Below are positions 39,001 to 54,000 of a stretch of DNA of 64,000 nucleotides, in pieces (the stretch's first letter is position 1; each line of letters begins with the position of its first letter). Position numbers and translations under genes: made by a program. Origin of the DNA: Auanema rhodensis (taxonomy: Eukaryota; Animalia; Nematoda); assembly GCA_964057225.1 (NCBI GenBank), contig OZ059897.1, positions 21,948,001 through 22,012,000 of the forward strand, in the 5' to 3' direction. The notes under the pieces are model-generated. The model did not search any database and was not told where the DNA came from. It saw only the letters and a program-made list of their open reading frames with translations.

Positions 39001-42000
39001 TAAAAACAAATTTTTATTGATATTGCTTCATGGTAACCATGACTTTGAAATTTACGTGAACTTTAATTTATGCTAATTAAATGTACACGTGATGTGCACT
39101 TGGTATGTAACTCGCTTCACGTGAAAGATAAAGAGATGCGGTTTTCAAAATTAGATTCCCCATGTCCATATTAGTCTAAAAACAAATTTTTATTGATATT
39201 GGTGCATGGTAACCATGACTTTGAAATTTACGTGAACTTTAATTTATGCTAATTAAATGTACACTTGATGTGCACTTGGTATGTAACTCGCTTCACGTGA
39301 AAGATGAAGAGATGCGGTTTTCAAAATTAGATTCCCCATGTCCATATTAGTCTAAAAACAAATTTTTATTGATATTGGTGCATGGTAACCATGACTTTGA
39401 AATTTACGTGAACTTTAATTTATGCTAATTAAATGTACACGTGATGTGCACTTGGTATGTAACTCGCTTCACGTGAAAGATAAAGAGATGCGGTTTTCAA
39501 AATTAGATTCCCCATGTCCATATTAGTCTAAAAACAAATTTTTATTGATATTGGTGCATGGTAACCATGACTTTGAAATTTACGTGAACTTTAATTTATG
39601 CTAATTAAATGTACACGTGATGTGCACTTGATATGTAACTCGCTTCACGTGAAAGATAAAGAGATGCGGTTTTCAAAATTAGATTCCCCATGTCCATATT
39701 AGTCTAAAAACAAATTTTTATTGATATTGGTTCATGGTAACCATGACTTTGAAATTTACGTGAACTTTAATTTATGCTAATTAAATGTACACGTGATGTG
39801 CACTTGGTATGTAACTCGCTTCACGTGAAAGATAAAGAGATGCGGTTTTCAAAATTAGATTCCCCATGTCCATATTAGTCTAAAAACAAATTTTTATTGA
39901 TATTGCTTCATGGTAACCATGACTTTGAAATTTACGTGAACTTTAATTTATGCTAATTAAATGTACACGTGATGTGCACTTGGTATGTAACTCGCTTCAC
40001 GTGAAAGATAAAGAGATGCGGTTTTCAAAATTAGATTCCCCATGTCCATATTAGTCTAAAAACAAATTTTTATTGATATTGGTGCATGGTAACCATGACT
40101 TTGAAATTTACGTGAACTTTAATTTATGCTAATTAAATGTACACTTGATGTGCACTTGGTATGTAACTCGCTTCACGTGAAAGATGAAGAGATGCGGTTT
40201 TCAAAATTAGATTCCCCATGTCCATATTAGTCTAAAAACAAATTTTTATTGATATTGGTGCATGGTAACCATGACTTTGAAATTTACGTGAACTTTAATT
40301 TATGCTAATTAAATGTACACGTGATGTGCACTTGGTATGTAACTCGCTTCACGTGAAAGATAAAGAGATGCGGTTTTCAAAATTAGATTCCCCATGTCCA
40401 TATTAGTCTAAAAACAAATTTTTATTGATATTGGTGCATGGTAACCATGACTTTGAAATTTACGTGAACTTTAATTTATGCTAATTAAATGTACACGTGA
40501 TGTGCACTTGGTATGTAACTCGCTTCACGTGAAAGATAAAGAGATGCGGTTTTTAAAATTAGATTCCCCATGTCCATATTAGTCTAAAAACAAATTTTTA
40601 TTGATATTGGTTCATGGTAACCATGACTTTGAAATTTACGTGAACTTTAATTTATGCTAATTAAATGTACACGTGATGTGCACTTGGTATGTAACTCGCT
40701 TCACGTGAAAGATAAAGAGATGCGGTTTTCAAAATTAGATTCCCCATGTCCATATTAGTCTAAAAACAAATTTTTATTGATATTGGTTCATGGTAACCAT
40801 GACTTTGAAATTTTCGTGAACTTTAATTTATGCTAATTAAATTTAGACGTGATGTGCACTTGGTATGTAACTCGCTTCACGTGAAAGATGAAGAGATGCG
40901 GTTTTCAAAATTAGATTCCCCATGTCCATATTAGTCTAAAAACAAATTTTTATTGATATTGGTTCATGGTAACCATGACTTTGAAATTTACGTGAACTTT
41001 AATTTATGCTAATTAAATGTACACGTGATGTGCACTTGGTATGTAACTCGCTTCACGTGAAAGATGAAGAGATGCGGTTTTCAAAATTAGATTCCCCATG
41101 TCCATATTAGTCTAAAAACAAATTTTTATTGATATTGGTGCATGGTAACCATGACTTTGAAATTTACGTGAACTTTAATTTATGCTAATTAAATGTACAC
41201 GTGATGTGCACTTGGTATGTAACTCGCTTCACGTGAAAGATAAAGAGATGCGGTTTTCAAAATTAGATTGCCCATGTCCATATTAGTCTAAAAACAAATT
41301 TTTATTGATATTGGTTCATGGTAACCATGACTTTGAAATTTTCGTGAACTTTAATTTATGCTAATTAAATTTAGACGTGATGTGCACTTGGTATGTAACT
41401 CGCTTCACGTGAAAGATGAAGAGATGCGGTTTTCAAAATTAGATTCCCCATGTCCATATTAGTCTAAAAACAAATTTTTATTGATATTGGTGCATGGTAA
41501 CCATGACTTTGAAATTTACGTGAACTTTAATTTATGCTAATTAAATGTACACGTGATGTGCACTCGGTATGTAACTCGCTTCACGTGAAAGATAAAGAGA
41601 TGCGGTTTTCAAAATTAGATTGCCCATGTCCATATTAGTCTAAAAACAAATTTTTATTGATATTGGTTCATGGTAACCATGACTTTGAAATTTTCGTGAA
41701 CTTTAATTTATGCTAATTAAATTTAGACGTGATGTGCACTTGGTATGTAACTCGCTTCACGTGAAAGATGAAGAGATGCGGTTTTCAAAATTAGATTGCC
41801 CATGTCCATATTAGTCTAAAAACAAATTTTAATTGATATTGGTTCATGGTAACCATGACTTTGAAATTTACGTGAACTTTAATTTATGCTAATTAAATGT
41901 ACACGTGATGTGCACTTGGTATGTAACTCGCTTCACGTGAAAGATAAAGAGATGCGGTTTTCAAAATTAGATTCCCCATGTCCATATTAGTCTAAAAACG

Positions 42001-45000
42001 AATTTTTATTGATATTGGTGCATGGTAACCACGACTTTGAAATTTACGTGAACTTTAATTTATGCTAATTAAATGTACACGTGATGTGCACTTGGTATGT
42101 AACTCGCTTCACGTGAAAGATAAAGAGATGCGGTTTTCAAAATTAGATTCCCCATGTCCATATTAGTCTAAAAACAAATTTTTATTGATATTGGTGCATG
42201 GTAACCATGACTTTGAAATTTACGTGAACTTTAATTTATGCTAATTAAATGTACACGTGATGTGCACTTGGTATGTAACTCGCTTCACGTGAAAGATAAA
42301 GAGATGCGGTTTTTAAAATTAGATTCCCCATGTCCATATTAGTCTAAAAACAAATTTTTATTGATATTGGTTCATGGTAACCATGACTTTGAAATTTACG
42401 TGAACTTTAATTTATGCTAATTAAATGTACACGTGATGTGCACTTGGTATGTAACTCGCTTCACGTGAAAGATAAAGAGATGCGGTTTTCAAAATTAGAT
42501 TCCCCATGTCCATATTAGTCTAAAAACAAATTTTTATTGATATTGGTTCATGGTAACCATGACTTTGAAATTTACGTGAACTTTAATTTATGCTAATTAA
42601 ATGTACACGTGATGTGCACTTGGTATGTAACTCGCTTCACGTGAAAGATGAAGAGATGCGGTTTTCAAAATTAGATTCCCCATGTCCATATTAGTCTAAA
42701 AACAAATTTTTATTGATATTGGTGCATGGTAACCATGACTTTGAAATTTACGTGAACTTTAATTTATGCTAATTAAATGTACACGTGATGTGCACTTGGT
42801 ATGTAACTCGCTTCACGTGAAAGATAAAGAGATGCGGTTTTCAAAATTAGATTGCCCATGTCCATATTAGTCTAAAAACAAATTTTTATTGATATTGGTT
42901 CATGGTAACCATGACTTTGAAATTTTCGTGAACTTTAATTTATGCTAATTAAATTTAGACGTGATGTGCACTTGGTATGTAACTCGCTTCACGTGAAAGA
43001 TGAAGAGATGCGGTTTTCAAAATTAGATTCCCCATGTCCATATTAGTCTAAAAACAAATTTTTATTGATATTGGTTCATGGTAACCATGACTTTGAAATT
43101 TACGTGAACTTTAATTTATGCTAATTAAATGTACACGTGATGTGCACTTGGTATGTAACTCGCTTCACGTGAAAGATGAAGAGATGCGGTTTTCAAAATT
43201 AGATTCCCCATGTCCATATTAGTCTAAAAACAAATTTTTATTGATATTGGTGCATGGTAACCATGACTTTGAAATTTACGTGAACTTTAATTTATGCTAA
43301 TTAAATGTACACGTGATGTGCACTTGGTATGTAACTCGCTTCACGTGAAAGATAAAGAGATGCGGTTTTCAAAATTAGATTGCCCATGTCCATATTAGTC
43401 TAAAAACAAATTTTTATTGATATTGGTTCATGGTAACCATGACTTTGAAATTTTCGTGAACTTTAATTTATGCTAATTAAATTTAGACGTGATGTGCACT
43501 TGGTATGTAACTCGCTTCACGTGAAAGATGAAGAGATGCGGTTTTCAAAATTAGATTCCCCATGTCCATATTAGTCTAAAAACAAATTTTTATTGATATT
43601 GGTGCATGGTAACCATGACTTTGAAATTTACGTGAACTTTAATTTATGCTAATTAAATGTACACGTGATGTGCACTCGGTATGTAACTCGCTTCACGTGA
43701 AAGATAAAGAGATGCGGTTTTCAAAATTAGATTGCCCATGTCCATATTAGTCTAAAAACAAATTTTTATTGATATTGGTTCATGGTAACCATGACTTTGA
43801 AATTTTCGTGAACTTTAATTTATGCTAATTAAATTTAGACGTGATGTGCACTTGGTATGTAACTCGCTTCACGTGAAAGATGAAGAGATGCGGTTTTCAA
43901 AATTAGATTGCCCATGTCCATATTAGTCTAAAAACAAATTTTAATTGATATTGGTTCATGGTAACCATGACTTTGAAATTTACGTGAACTTTAATTTATG
44001 CTAATTAAATGTACACGTGATGTGCACTTGGTATGTAACTCGCTTCACGTGAAAGATAAAGAGATGCGGTTTTCAAAATTAGATTCCCCATGTCCATATT
44101 AGTCTAAAAACGAATTTTTATTGATATTGGTGCATGGTAACCACGACTTTGAAATTTACGTGAACTTTAATTTATGCTAATTAAATGTACACGTGATGTG
44201 CACTTGGTATGTAACTCGCTTCACGTGAAAGATAAAGAGATGCGGTTTTCAAAATTAGATTCCCCATGTCCATATTAGTCTAAAAACAAATTTTTATTGA
44301 TATTGGTTCATGGTAACCATGACTTTGAAATTTACGTGAACTTTAATTTATGCTAATTAAATGTACACGTGATGTGCACTTGGTATGTAACTCGCTTCAC
44401 GTGAAAGATAAAGGGATGCGGTTTTCAAAATTAGATTCCCCATGTCCATATTAGTCTAAAAACAAATTTTTATTGATATTGGTGCATGGTAACCATGACT
44501 TTGAAATTTACGTGAACTTTAATTTATGCTAATTAAATGTACACGTGATGTGCACTTGGTATGTAACTCGCTTCACGTGAAAGATGAAGAGATGCGGTTT
44601 TCAAAATTAGATTCCCCATGTCCATATTAGTCTAAAAACAAATTTTTATTGATATTGGTGCATGGTAACCATGACTTTGAAATTTACGTGAACTTTAATT
44701 TATGCTAATTAAATGTACACGTGATGTGCACTTGGTATGTAACTCGCCTCACGTGAAAGATAAAGAGATGCGGTTTTCAAAATTAGATTCCCCATGTCCA
44801 TATTAGTCTAAAAACAAATTTTTATTGATATTGGTGCATGGTAACCATGACTTTGAAATTTACGTGAACTTTAATTTATGCTAATTAAATGTACACGTGA
44901 TGTGCACTTGGTATGTAACTCGCTTCACGTGAAAGATAAAGAGATGCGGTTTTCAAAATTAGATTCCCCATGTCCATATTAGTCTAAAAACGAATTTTTA

Positions 45001-48000
45001 TTGATATTGGTGCATGGTAACCACGACTTTGAAATTTACGTGAACTTTAATTTATGCTAATTAAATGTACACGTGATGTGCACTTGGTATGTAACTCGCT
45101 TCACGTGAAAGATAAAGAGATGCGGTTTTCAAAATTAGATTCCTCATATCCATATTAGTCTAAAAACAAATTTTTATTGATATTGGTTCATGGTAACCAT
45201 GACTTTGAAATTTACGTGAACTTTAATTTATGCTAATTAAATGTACACGTGATGTGCACTTGGTATGTAACTCGCTTCACGTGAAAGATAAAGAGATGCG
45301 GTTTTCAAAATTAGATTTCCCATGTCCATATTAGTCTAAAAACAAATTTTTATTGATATTGGTTCATGGTAACCATGACTTTGAAATTTACGTGAACTTT
45401 AATTTATGCTAATTAAATGTACACGTGATGTGCACTTGGTATGTAACTCGCTTCACGTGAAAGATAAAGAGATGCGGTTTTCAAAATTAGATTCCCCATG
45501 TCCATATTAGTCTAAAAACAAATTTTTATTGATATTGGTGCATGGTAACCATGACTTTGAAATTTACGTGAACTTTAATTTATGCTAATTAAATGTACAC
45601 GTGATGTGCACTTGGTATGTAACTCGCTTCACGTGAAAGATAAAGAGATGCGGTTTTCAAAATTAGATTCTCCATGTCCATATTAGTCTAAAAACAAATT
45701 TTTATTGATATTGGTTCATGGTAACCATGACTTTGAAATTTACGTGAACTTTAATTTATGCTAATTAAATGTACACGTGATGTGCACTTGGTATGTAACT
45801 CGCTTCACGTGAAAGATAAAGAGATGCGGTTTTCAAAATTAGATTCCCCATGTCCATATTAGTCTAAAAACAAATTTTTATTGATATTGCTTCATGGTAA
45901 CCATGACTTTGAAATTTACGTGAACTTTAATTTATGCTAATTAAATGTACACGTGATGTGCACTTGGTATGTAACTCGCTTCACGTGAAAGATAAAGAGA
46001 TGCGGTTTTCAAAATTAGATTCCCCATGTCCATATTAGTCTAAAAACAAATTTTTATTGATATTGCTTCATGGTAACCATGACTTTGAAATTTACGTGAA
46101 CTTTAATTTATTCTAATTAAATGTACACGTGATGTGCACTTGGTATGTAACTCGCTTCACGTGAAAGATAAAGAGATGCGGTTTTCAAAATTAGATTCCC
46201 CATGTCCATATTAGTCTAAAAACAAATTTTTATTGATATTGGTGCATGGTAACCATGACTTTGAAATTTACGTGAACTTTAATTTATGCTAATTAAATGT
46301 ACACGTGATGTGCACTTGGTATGTAACTCGCTTTACGTGAAAGATAAAGAGATGCGGTTTTCAAAATTAGATTCCCCATGTCCATATTAGTCTAAAAACA
46401 AATTTTTATTGATATTGGTTCATGGTAACCATGACTTTGAAATTTACGTGAACTTTAATTTATGCTAATTAAATGTACACGTGATGTGCACTTGGTATGT
46501 AACTCGCTTCACGTGAAAGATGAAGAGATGCGGTTTTCAAAATTAGATTCCCCATGTCCATATTAGTCTAAAAACAAGTTTTTATTGATATTGGTGCATG
46601 GTAACCATGACTTTGAAATTTACGTGAACTTTAATTTATGCTAATTAAATGTACACGTGATGTGCACTTGGTATGTAACTCGCTTCACGTGAAAGATAAA
46701 GAGATGCGGTTTTCAAAATTAGATTGCCCATGTCCATATTAGTCTAAAAACAAATTTTTATTGATATTGGTTCATGGTAACCATGACTTTGAACTTTTCG
46801 TGAACTTTAATTTATGCTAATTAAATTTAGACGTGATGTGCACTTGGTATGTAACTCGCTTCACGTGAAAGATGAAGAGATGCGGTTTTCAAAATTAGAT
46901 TCCCCATGTCCATATTAGTCTAAAAACAAATTTTTATTGATATTGGTGCATGGTAACCATGACTTTGAAATTTACGTGAACTTTAATTTATGCTAATTAA
47001 ATGTACACGTGATGTGCACTCGGTATGTAACTCGCTTCACGTGAAAGATAAAGAGATGCGGTTTTCAAAATTAGATTCCTCATGTCCATATTAGTCTAAA
47101 AACAAATTTTTATTGATATTGGTGCATGGTAACCATGACTTTGAAATTTACGTGAACTTTAATTTATGCTAATTAAATGTACACGTGATGTGCACTTGGT
47201 ATGTAACTCGCTTCACGTGAAAGATAAAGAGATGCGGTTTTCAAAATTAGATTGCCCATGTCCATATTAGTCTAAAAACAAATTTTTATTGATATTGGTT
47301 CATGGTAACCATGACTTTGAAATTTACGTGAACTTTAATTTATGCTAATTAAATGTACACGTGATGTGCACTTGGTATGTAACTCTCTTCACGTGAAAGA
47401 TAAAGAGATGCGGTTTTCAAAATTAGATTGCCCATGTCCATATTAGTCTAAAAACAAATTTTAATTGATATTGGTTCATGGTAACCATGACTTTGAAATT
47501 TACGTGAACTTTAATTTATGCTAATTAAATGTACACGTGATGTGCACTTGGTATGTAACTCGCTTCACGTGAAAGATAAAGAGATGCGGTTTTCAAAATT
47601 AGATTCCCCATGTCCATATTAGTCTAAAAACGAATTTTTATTGATATTGGTGCATGGTAACCACGACTTTGAAATTTACGTGAACTTTAATTTATGCTAA
47701 TTAAATGTACACGTGATGTGCACTTGGTATGTAACTCGCTTCACGTGAAAGATAAAGAGATGCGGTTTTCAAAATTAGATTCCCCATGTCCATATTAGTC
47801 TAAAAACAAATTTTTATTGATATTGGTTCATGGTAACCATGACTTTGAAATTTACGTGAACTTTAATTTATGCTAATTAAATGTACACGTGATGTGCACT
47901 TGGTATGTAACTCGCTTCACGTGAAAGATAAAGGGATGCGGTTTTCAAAATTAGATTCCCCATGTCCATATTAGTCTAAAAACAAATTTTTATTGATATT

Positions 48001-51000
48001 GGTGCATGGTAACCATGACTTTGAAATTTACGTGAACTTTAATTTATGCTAATTAAATGTACACGTGATGTGCACTTGGTATGTAACTCGCTTCACGTGA
48101 AAGATGAAGAGATGCGGTTTTCAAAATTAGATTCCCCATGTCCATATTAGTCTAAAAACAAATTTTTATTGATATTGGTGCATGGTAACCATGACTTTGA
48201 AATTTACGTGAACTTTAATTTATGCTAATTAAATGTACACGTGATGTGCACTTGGTATGTAACTCGCCTCACGTGAAAGATAAAGAGATGCGGTTTTCAA
48301 AATTAGATTCCCCATGTCCATATTAGTCTAAAAACAAATTTTTATTGATATTGGTGCATGGTAACCATGACTTTGAAATTTACGTGAACTTTAATTTATG
48401 CTAATTAAATGTACACGTGATGTGCACTTGGTATGTAACTCGCTTCACGTGAAAGATAAAGAGATGCGGTTTTCAAAATTAGATTCCCCATGTCCATATT
48501 AGTCTAAAAACGAATTTTTATTGATATTGGTGCATGGTAACCACGACTTTGAAATTTACGTGAACTTTAATTTATGCTAATTAAATGTACACGTGATGTG
48601 CACTTGGTATGTAACTCGCTTCACGTGAAAGATAAAGAGATGCGGTTTTCAAAATTAGATTCCTCATATCCATATTAGTCTAAAAACAAATTTTTATTGA
48701 TATTGGTTCATGGTAACCATGACTTTGAAATTTACGTGAACTTTAATTTATGCTAATTAAATGTACACGTGATGTGCACTTGGTATGTAACTCGCTTCAC
48801 GTGAAAGATAAAGAGATGCGGTTTTCAAAAGTAGATTCCCCATGTCCATATTAGTCTAAAAACAAATTTTTATTGATATTGGTTCATGGTAACCATGACT
48901 TTGAAATTTACGTGAACTTTAATTTATGCTAATTAAATGTACACGTGATGTGCACTTGGTATGTAACTCGCTTCACGTGAAAGATAAAGAGATGCGGTTT
49001 TCAAAATTAGATTCCCCATGTCCATATTAGTCTAAAAACAAATTTTTATTGATATTGGTGCATGGTAACCATGACTTTGAAATTTACGTGAACTTTAATT
49101 TATGCTAATTAAATGTACACGTGATGTGCACTTGGTATGTAACTCGCTTCACGTGAAAGATAAAGAGATGCGGTTTTCAAAATTAGATTCTCCATGTCCA
49201 TATTATTCTAAAAACAAATTTTTATTGATATTGGTGCATGGTAACCATGACTTTGAAATTTACGTGAACTTTAATTTATGCTAATTAAATGTACACGTGA
49301 TGTGCACTTGGTATGTAACTCGCTTCACGTGAAAGATAAAGAGATGCGGTTTTCAAAATTAGATTCCCCATGTCCATATTAGTCTAAAAACAAATTTTTA
49401 TTGATATTGGTGCATGGTAACCATGACTTTGAAATTTACGTGAACTTTAATTTATGCTAATTAAATGTACACGTGATGTGCACTTGGTATGTAACTCGCT
49501 TCACGTGAAAGATAAAGAGATGCGGTTTTCAAAATTAGATTCCCCATGTCCATATTAGTCTAAAAACAAATTTTTATTGATATTGGTTCATGGTAACCAT
49601 GACTTTGAAATTTACGTGAACTTTAATTTATGCTAATTAAATGTACACGTGATGTGCACTTGGTATGTAACTCGCTTCACGTGAAAGATAAAGAGATGCG
49701 GTTTTCAAAATTAGATCCTTCATGTCCATATTAGTCTAAAAACAAATTTTTATTGATATTGGTGCATGGTAACCATGACTTTGAAATTTACGTGAACTTT
49801 AATTTATGCTAATTAAATGTACACGTGATGTGCACTTGGTATGTAACTCGCTTCACGTGAAAGATAAAGAGATGCGGTTTTCAAAATTAGATTCCCCATG
49901 TCCATATTAGTCTAAAAACAAATTTTTATTGATATTGGTTCATGGTAACCATGACTTTGAAATTTACGTGAACTTTAATTTATGCTAATTAAATGTACAC
50001 GTGATGTGCACTTGGTAAGTAACTCGCTTCACGTGAAAGATAAAGAGATGCGGTTTTCAAAATTAGATTCCCCATGTCCATATTAGTCTAAAAACAAATT
50101 TTTATTGATATTGGTGCATGGTAACCATGACTTTGAAATTTACGTGAACTTTAATTTATGCTAATTAAATGTACACGTGATGTGCACTTGGTATGTAACT
50201 CGCTTCACGTGAAAGATAAAGAGATGCGGTTTTCAAAATTAGATTCCCCATGTCCATATTAGTCTAAAAACAAATTTTTATTGATATTGGTTCATGGTAA
50301 CCATGACTTTGAAATTTACGTGAACTTTAATTTATGCTAATTAAATGTACACGTGATGTGCACTTGGTATGTAACTCGCTTCACGTAAAAGATAAAAAGA
50401 TGCGGTTTTCAAAATTAGATTCCCCATGTCCATATTAGTCTAAAAACAAATTTTTATTGATATTGGTGCATGGTAACCATGACTTTGAATTTTACGTGAA
50501 CTTTAATTTATGCTAATTAAATGTACACGTGATGTGCACTTGGTATGTAACTCGCTTCACGTGAAAGATAAAGAGATGCGGTTTTCAAAATTAGATTCCC
50601 CATGTCCATATTAGTCTAAAAACAAATTTTTATTGATATTGGTTCATGGTAACCATGACTTTGAAATTTACGTGAACTTTAATTTATGCTAATTAAATGT
50701 ACACGTGATGTGCACTTGGTATGTAACTCGCTTCACGTGAAAGATAAAGAGAAGCGGTTTTCAAAATTAGATTCCCCATGTCCATATTAGTCTAAAAACA
50801 AATTTTTATTGATATTGCTTCATGGTAACCATGACTTTGAAATTTACGTGAACTTTAATTTATGCTAATTAAATGTACACGTGATGTGCACTTGGTATGT
50901 AACTCGCTTCACGTGAAAGATAAAGAGATGCGGTTTTCAAAATTAGATTCCCCATGTCCATATTAGTCTAAAAACAATTTTTTATTGATATTGGTTCATG

Positions 51001-54000
51001 GTAACCATGACTTTGAAATTTACGTGAACTTTAATTTATGCTAATTAAATGTACACGTGATGTGCACTTGGTATGTAACTCGCTTCACGTGAAAGATAAA
51101 GAGATGCGGTTTTCAAAATTAGATTCCTCATGTCCATATTAGTCTAAAAACAAATTTTTATTGATATTGCTTCATGGTAACCATGACTTTGAAATTTACG
51201 TGAACTTTAATTTATGCTAATTAAATGTACACGTGATGTGCACTTGGTATGTAACTCGCTTCACGTGAAAGATAAAGAGATGCGGTTTTCAAAATTAGAT
51301 TCCCCATGTCCATATTAGTCTAAAAACAAATTTTTATTGATATTGGTTCATGGTAACCATGACTTTGAAATTTACGTGAACTTTAATTTATGCTAATTAA
51401 ATGTACACGTGATGTGCACTTGGTATGTAACTCGCTTCACGTGAAAGATAAAGAGATGCGGTTTTCAAAATTAGATTCCCCATGTCCATATTAGTCTAAA
51501 AACAAATTTCTATTGATATTGCTTCATGGTAACCATGACTTTGAAATTTACGTGAACTTTAATTTATGCTAATTAAATGTACACGTGATGTGCACTTGGT
51601 ATGTAACTCGCTTCACGTGAAAGATAAAGAGATGCGGTTTTCAAAATTAGATTCCCCATGTCCATATTAGTCTAAAAACAAATTTTTATTGATATTGGTG
51701 CATGGTAACCATGACTTTGAAATTTACGTGAACTTTAATTTATGCTAATTAAATGTACACGTGATGTGCACTTGGTATGTAACTCGCTTCACGTGAAAGA
51801 TAAAGAGATGCGGTTTTCAAAATTAGATTCCCCATGTCCATATTAGTCTAAAAACAAATTTTTATTGATATTGGTGCATGGTAACCATGACTTTGAAATT
51901 TACGTGAACTTTAATTTATGCTAATTAAATGTACACGTGATGTGCACTTGGTATGTAACTCGCTTCACGTGAAAGATAAAGAGATGCGGTTTTCAAAATT
52001 AGATTCCCCATGTCCATATTAGTCTAAAAACAAATTTGTATTGATATTGGTTCATGGTAACCATGACTTTGAAATTTACGTGAACTTTAATTTATGCTAA
52101 TTAAATGTACACGTGATTTGCACTTGGTATGTAACTCGCTTCACGTGAAAGATAAAAAGATGCGGTTTTCAAAATTAGATTCCCCATGTCCATATTAGTC
52201 TAAAAACAAATTTGTATTGATATTGGTTCATGGTAACCATGACTTTGAAATTTACGTGAACTTTAATTTATGCTAATTAAATGTACACGTGATTTGCACT
52301 TGGTATGTAACTCGCTTCACGTGAAAGATGAAGAGATGCTGTTTTCAAAATTAGATTCCCCATGTCCATATTAGTCTAAAAACAAATTTTTATTGATATT
52401 GCTTCATGGTAACCATGACTTTGAAATTTACGTGAACTTTAATTTATGCTAATTAAATGTACACGTGATGTGCACTTGGTATGTAACTCGCTTCACGTGA
52501 AAGATAAAGAGATGCGGTTTTCAAAATTAGATTCCCCATGTCCATATTAGTCTAAAAACAAATTTTTATTGATATTGGTGCATGGTAACCATGACTTTGA
52601 AATTTACGTGAACTTTAATTTATTCTAATTAAATGTACACGTGATGTGCACTTGGTATGTAACTCGCTTCACGTGAAAGATAAAAAGATGCGGTTTTCAA
52701 AATTAGATTCCCCATGTCCATATTAGTCTAAAAACAAATTTTTATTGATATTGGTGCATGGTAACCATGACTTTGAAATTTACGTGAACTTTAATTCATG
52801 CTAATTAAATGTACACGTGATGTGCACTTGGTATGTAACTCGCTTCACGTGAAAGATAAAGAGATGCGGTTTTCAAAATTAGATTCCCCATGTCCATATT
52901 AGTCTAAAAACAAATTTTCATTGATATTGGTGCATGGTAACCATGACTTTGAAATTTACGTGAACTTTAATTTATGCTAATTAAATGTACACGTGATGTG
53001 CACTTGGTATGTAACTCGCTTCACGTGAAAGATAAAGAGATGCGGTTTTCAAAATTAGATTCTCCATGTCCATATTAGTCTAAAAACAAATTTTGATTGA
53101 TATTGGTTCATGGTAACCATGACTTTGAAATTTACGTGAACTTTAATTTATGCTAATTAAATGTACACGTGATGTGCACTTGGTATGTAACTCGCTTCAC
53201 GTGAAAGATAAAGAGATGCGGTTTTCAAAATTAGATTCCCCATGTCCATATTAGTCTAAAAACAAATTTTTATTGATATTGCTTCATGGTAACCATGACT
53301 TTGAAATTTACGTGAACTTTAATTTATGCTAATTAAATGTACACGTGATGTGCACTTGGTATGTAACTCGCTTCACGTGAAAGATAAAGAGATGCGGTTT
53401 TCAAAATTAGATTCCCCATGTCCATATTAGTCTAAAAACAAATTTTTATTGATATTGGTGCATGGTAACCATGACTTTGAAATTTACGTGAACTTTAATT
53501 TATGCTAATTAAATGTACACGTGATGTGCACTTGGTATGTAACTCGCTTCACGTGAAAGATAAAGAGATGCGGTTTTCAAAATTAGATTTCCCATGTCCA
53601 TATTAGTCTAAAAATAAATTTTTATTGATATTGGTTCATGGTAACCATGACTTTGAAATTTACGTGAACTTTAATTTATGCTAATTAAATGTACACGTGA
53701 TGTGCACTTGGTATGTAACTCGCTTCACGTGAAAGATAAAGAGATGCGGTTTTCAAAATTAGATTCCCCATGTCCATATTAGTCTAAAAACAAATTTTTA
53801 TTGATATTGGTGCATGGTAACCATGACTTTGAAATTTACGTGAACTTTAATTTATGCTAATTAAATGTACACGTGATGTGCACTTGGTATGTAACTCGCT
53901 TCACGTGAAAGATAAAGAGATGCGGTTTTCAAAATTAGATTCTCCATGTCCATATTAGTCTAAAAACAAATTTTTATTGATATTGGTTCATGGTAACCAT

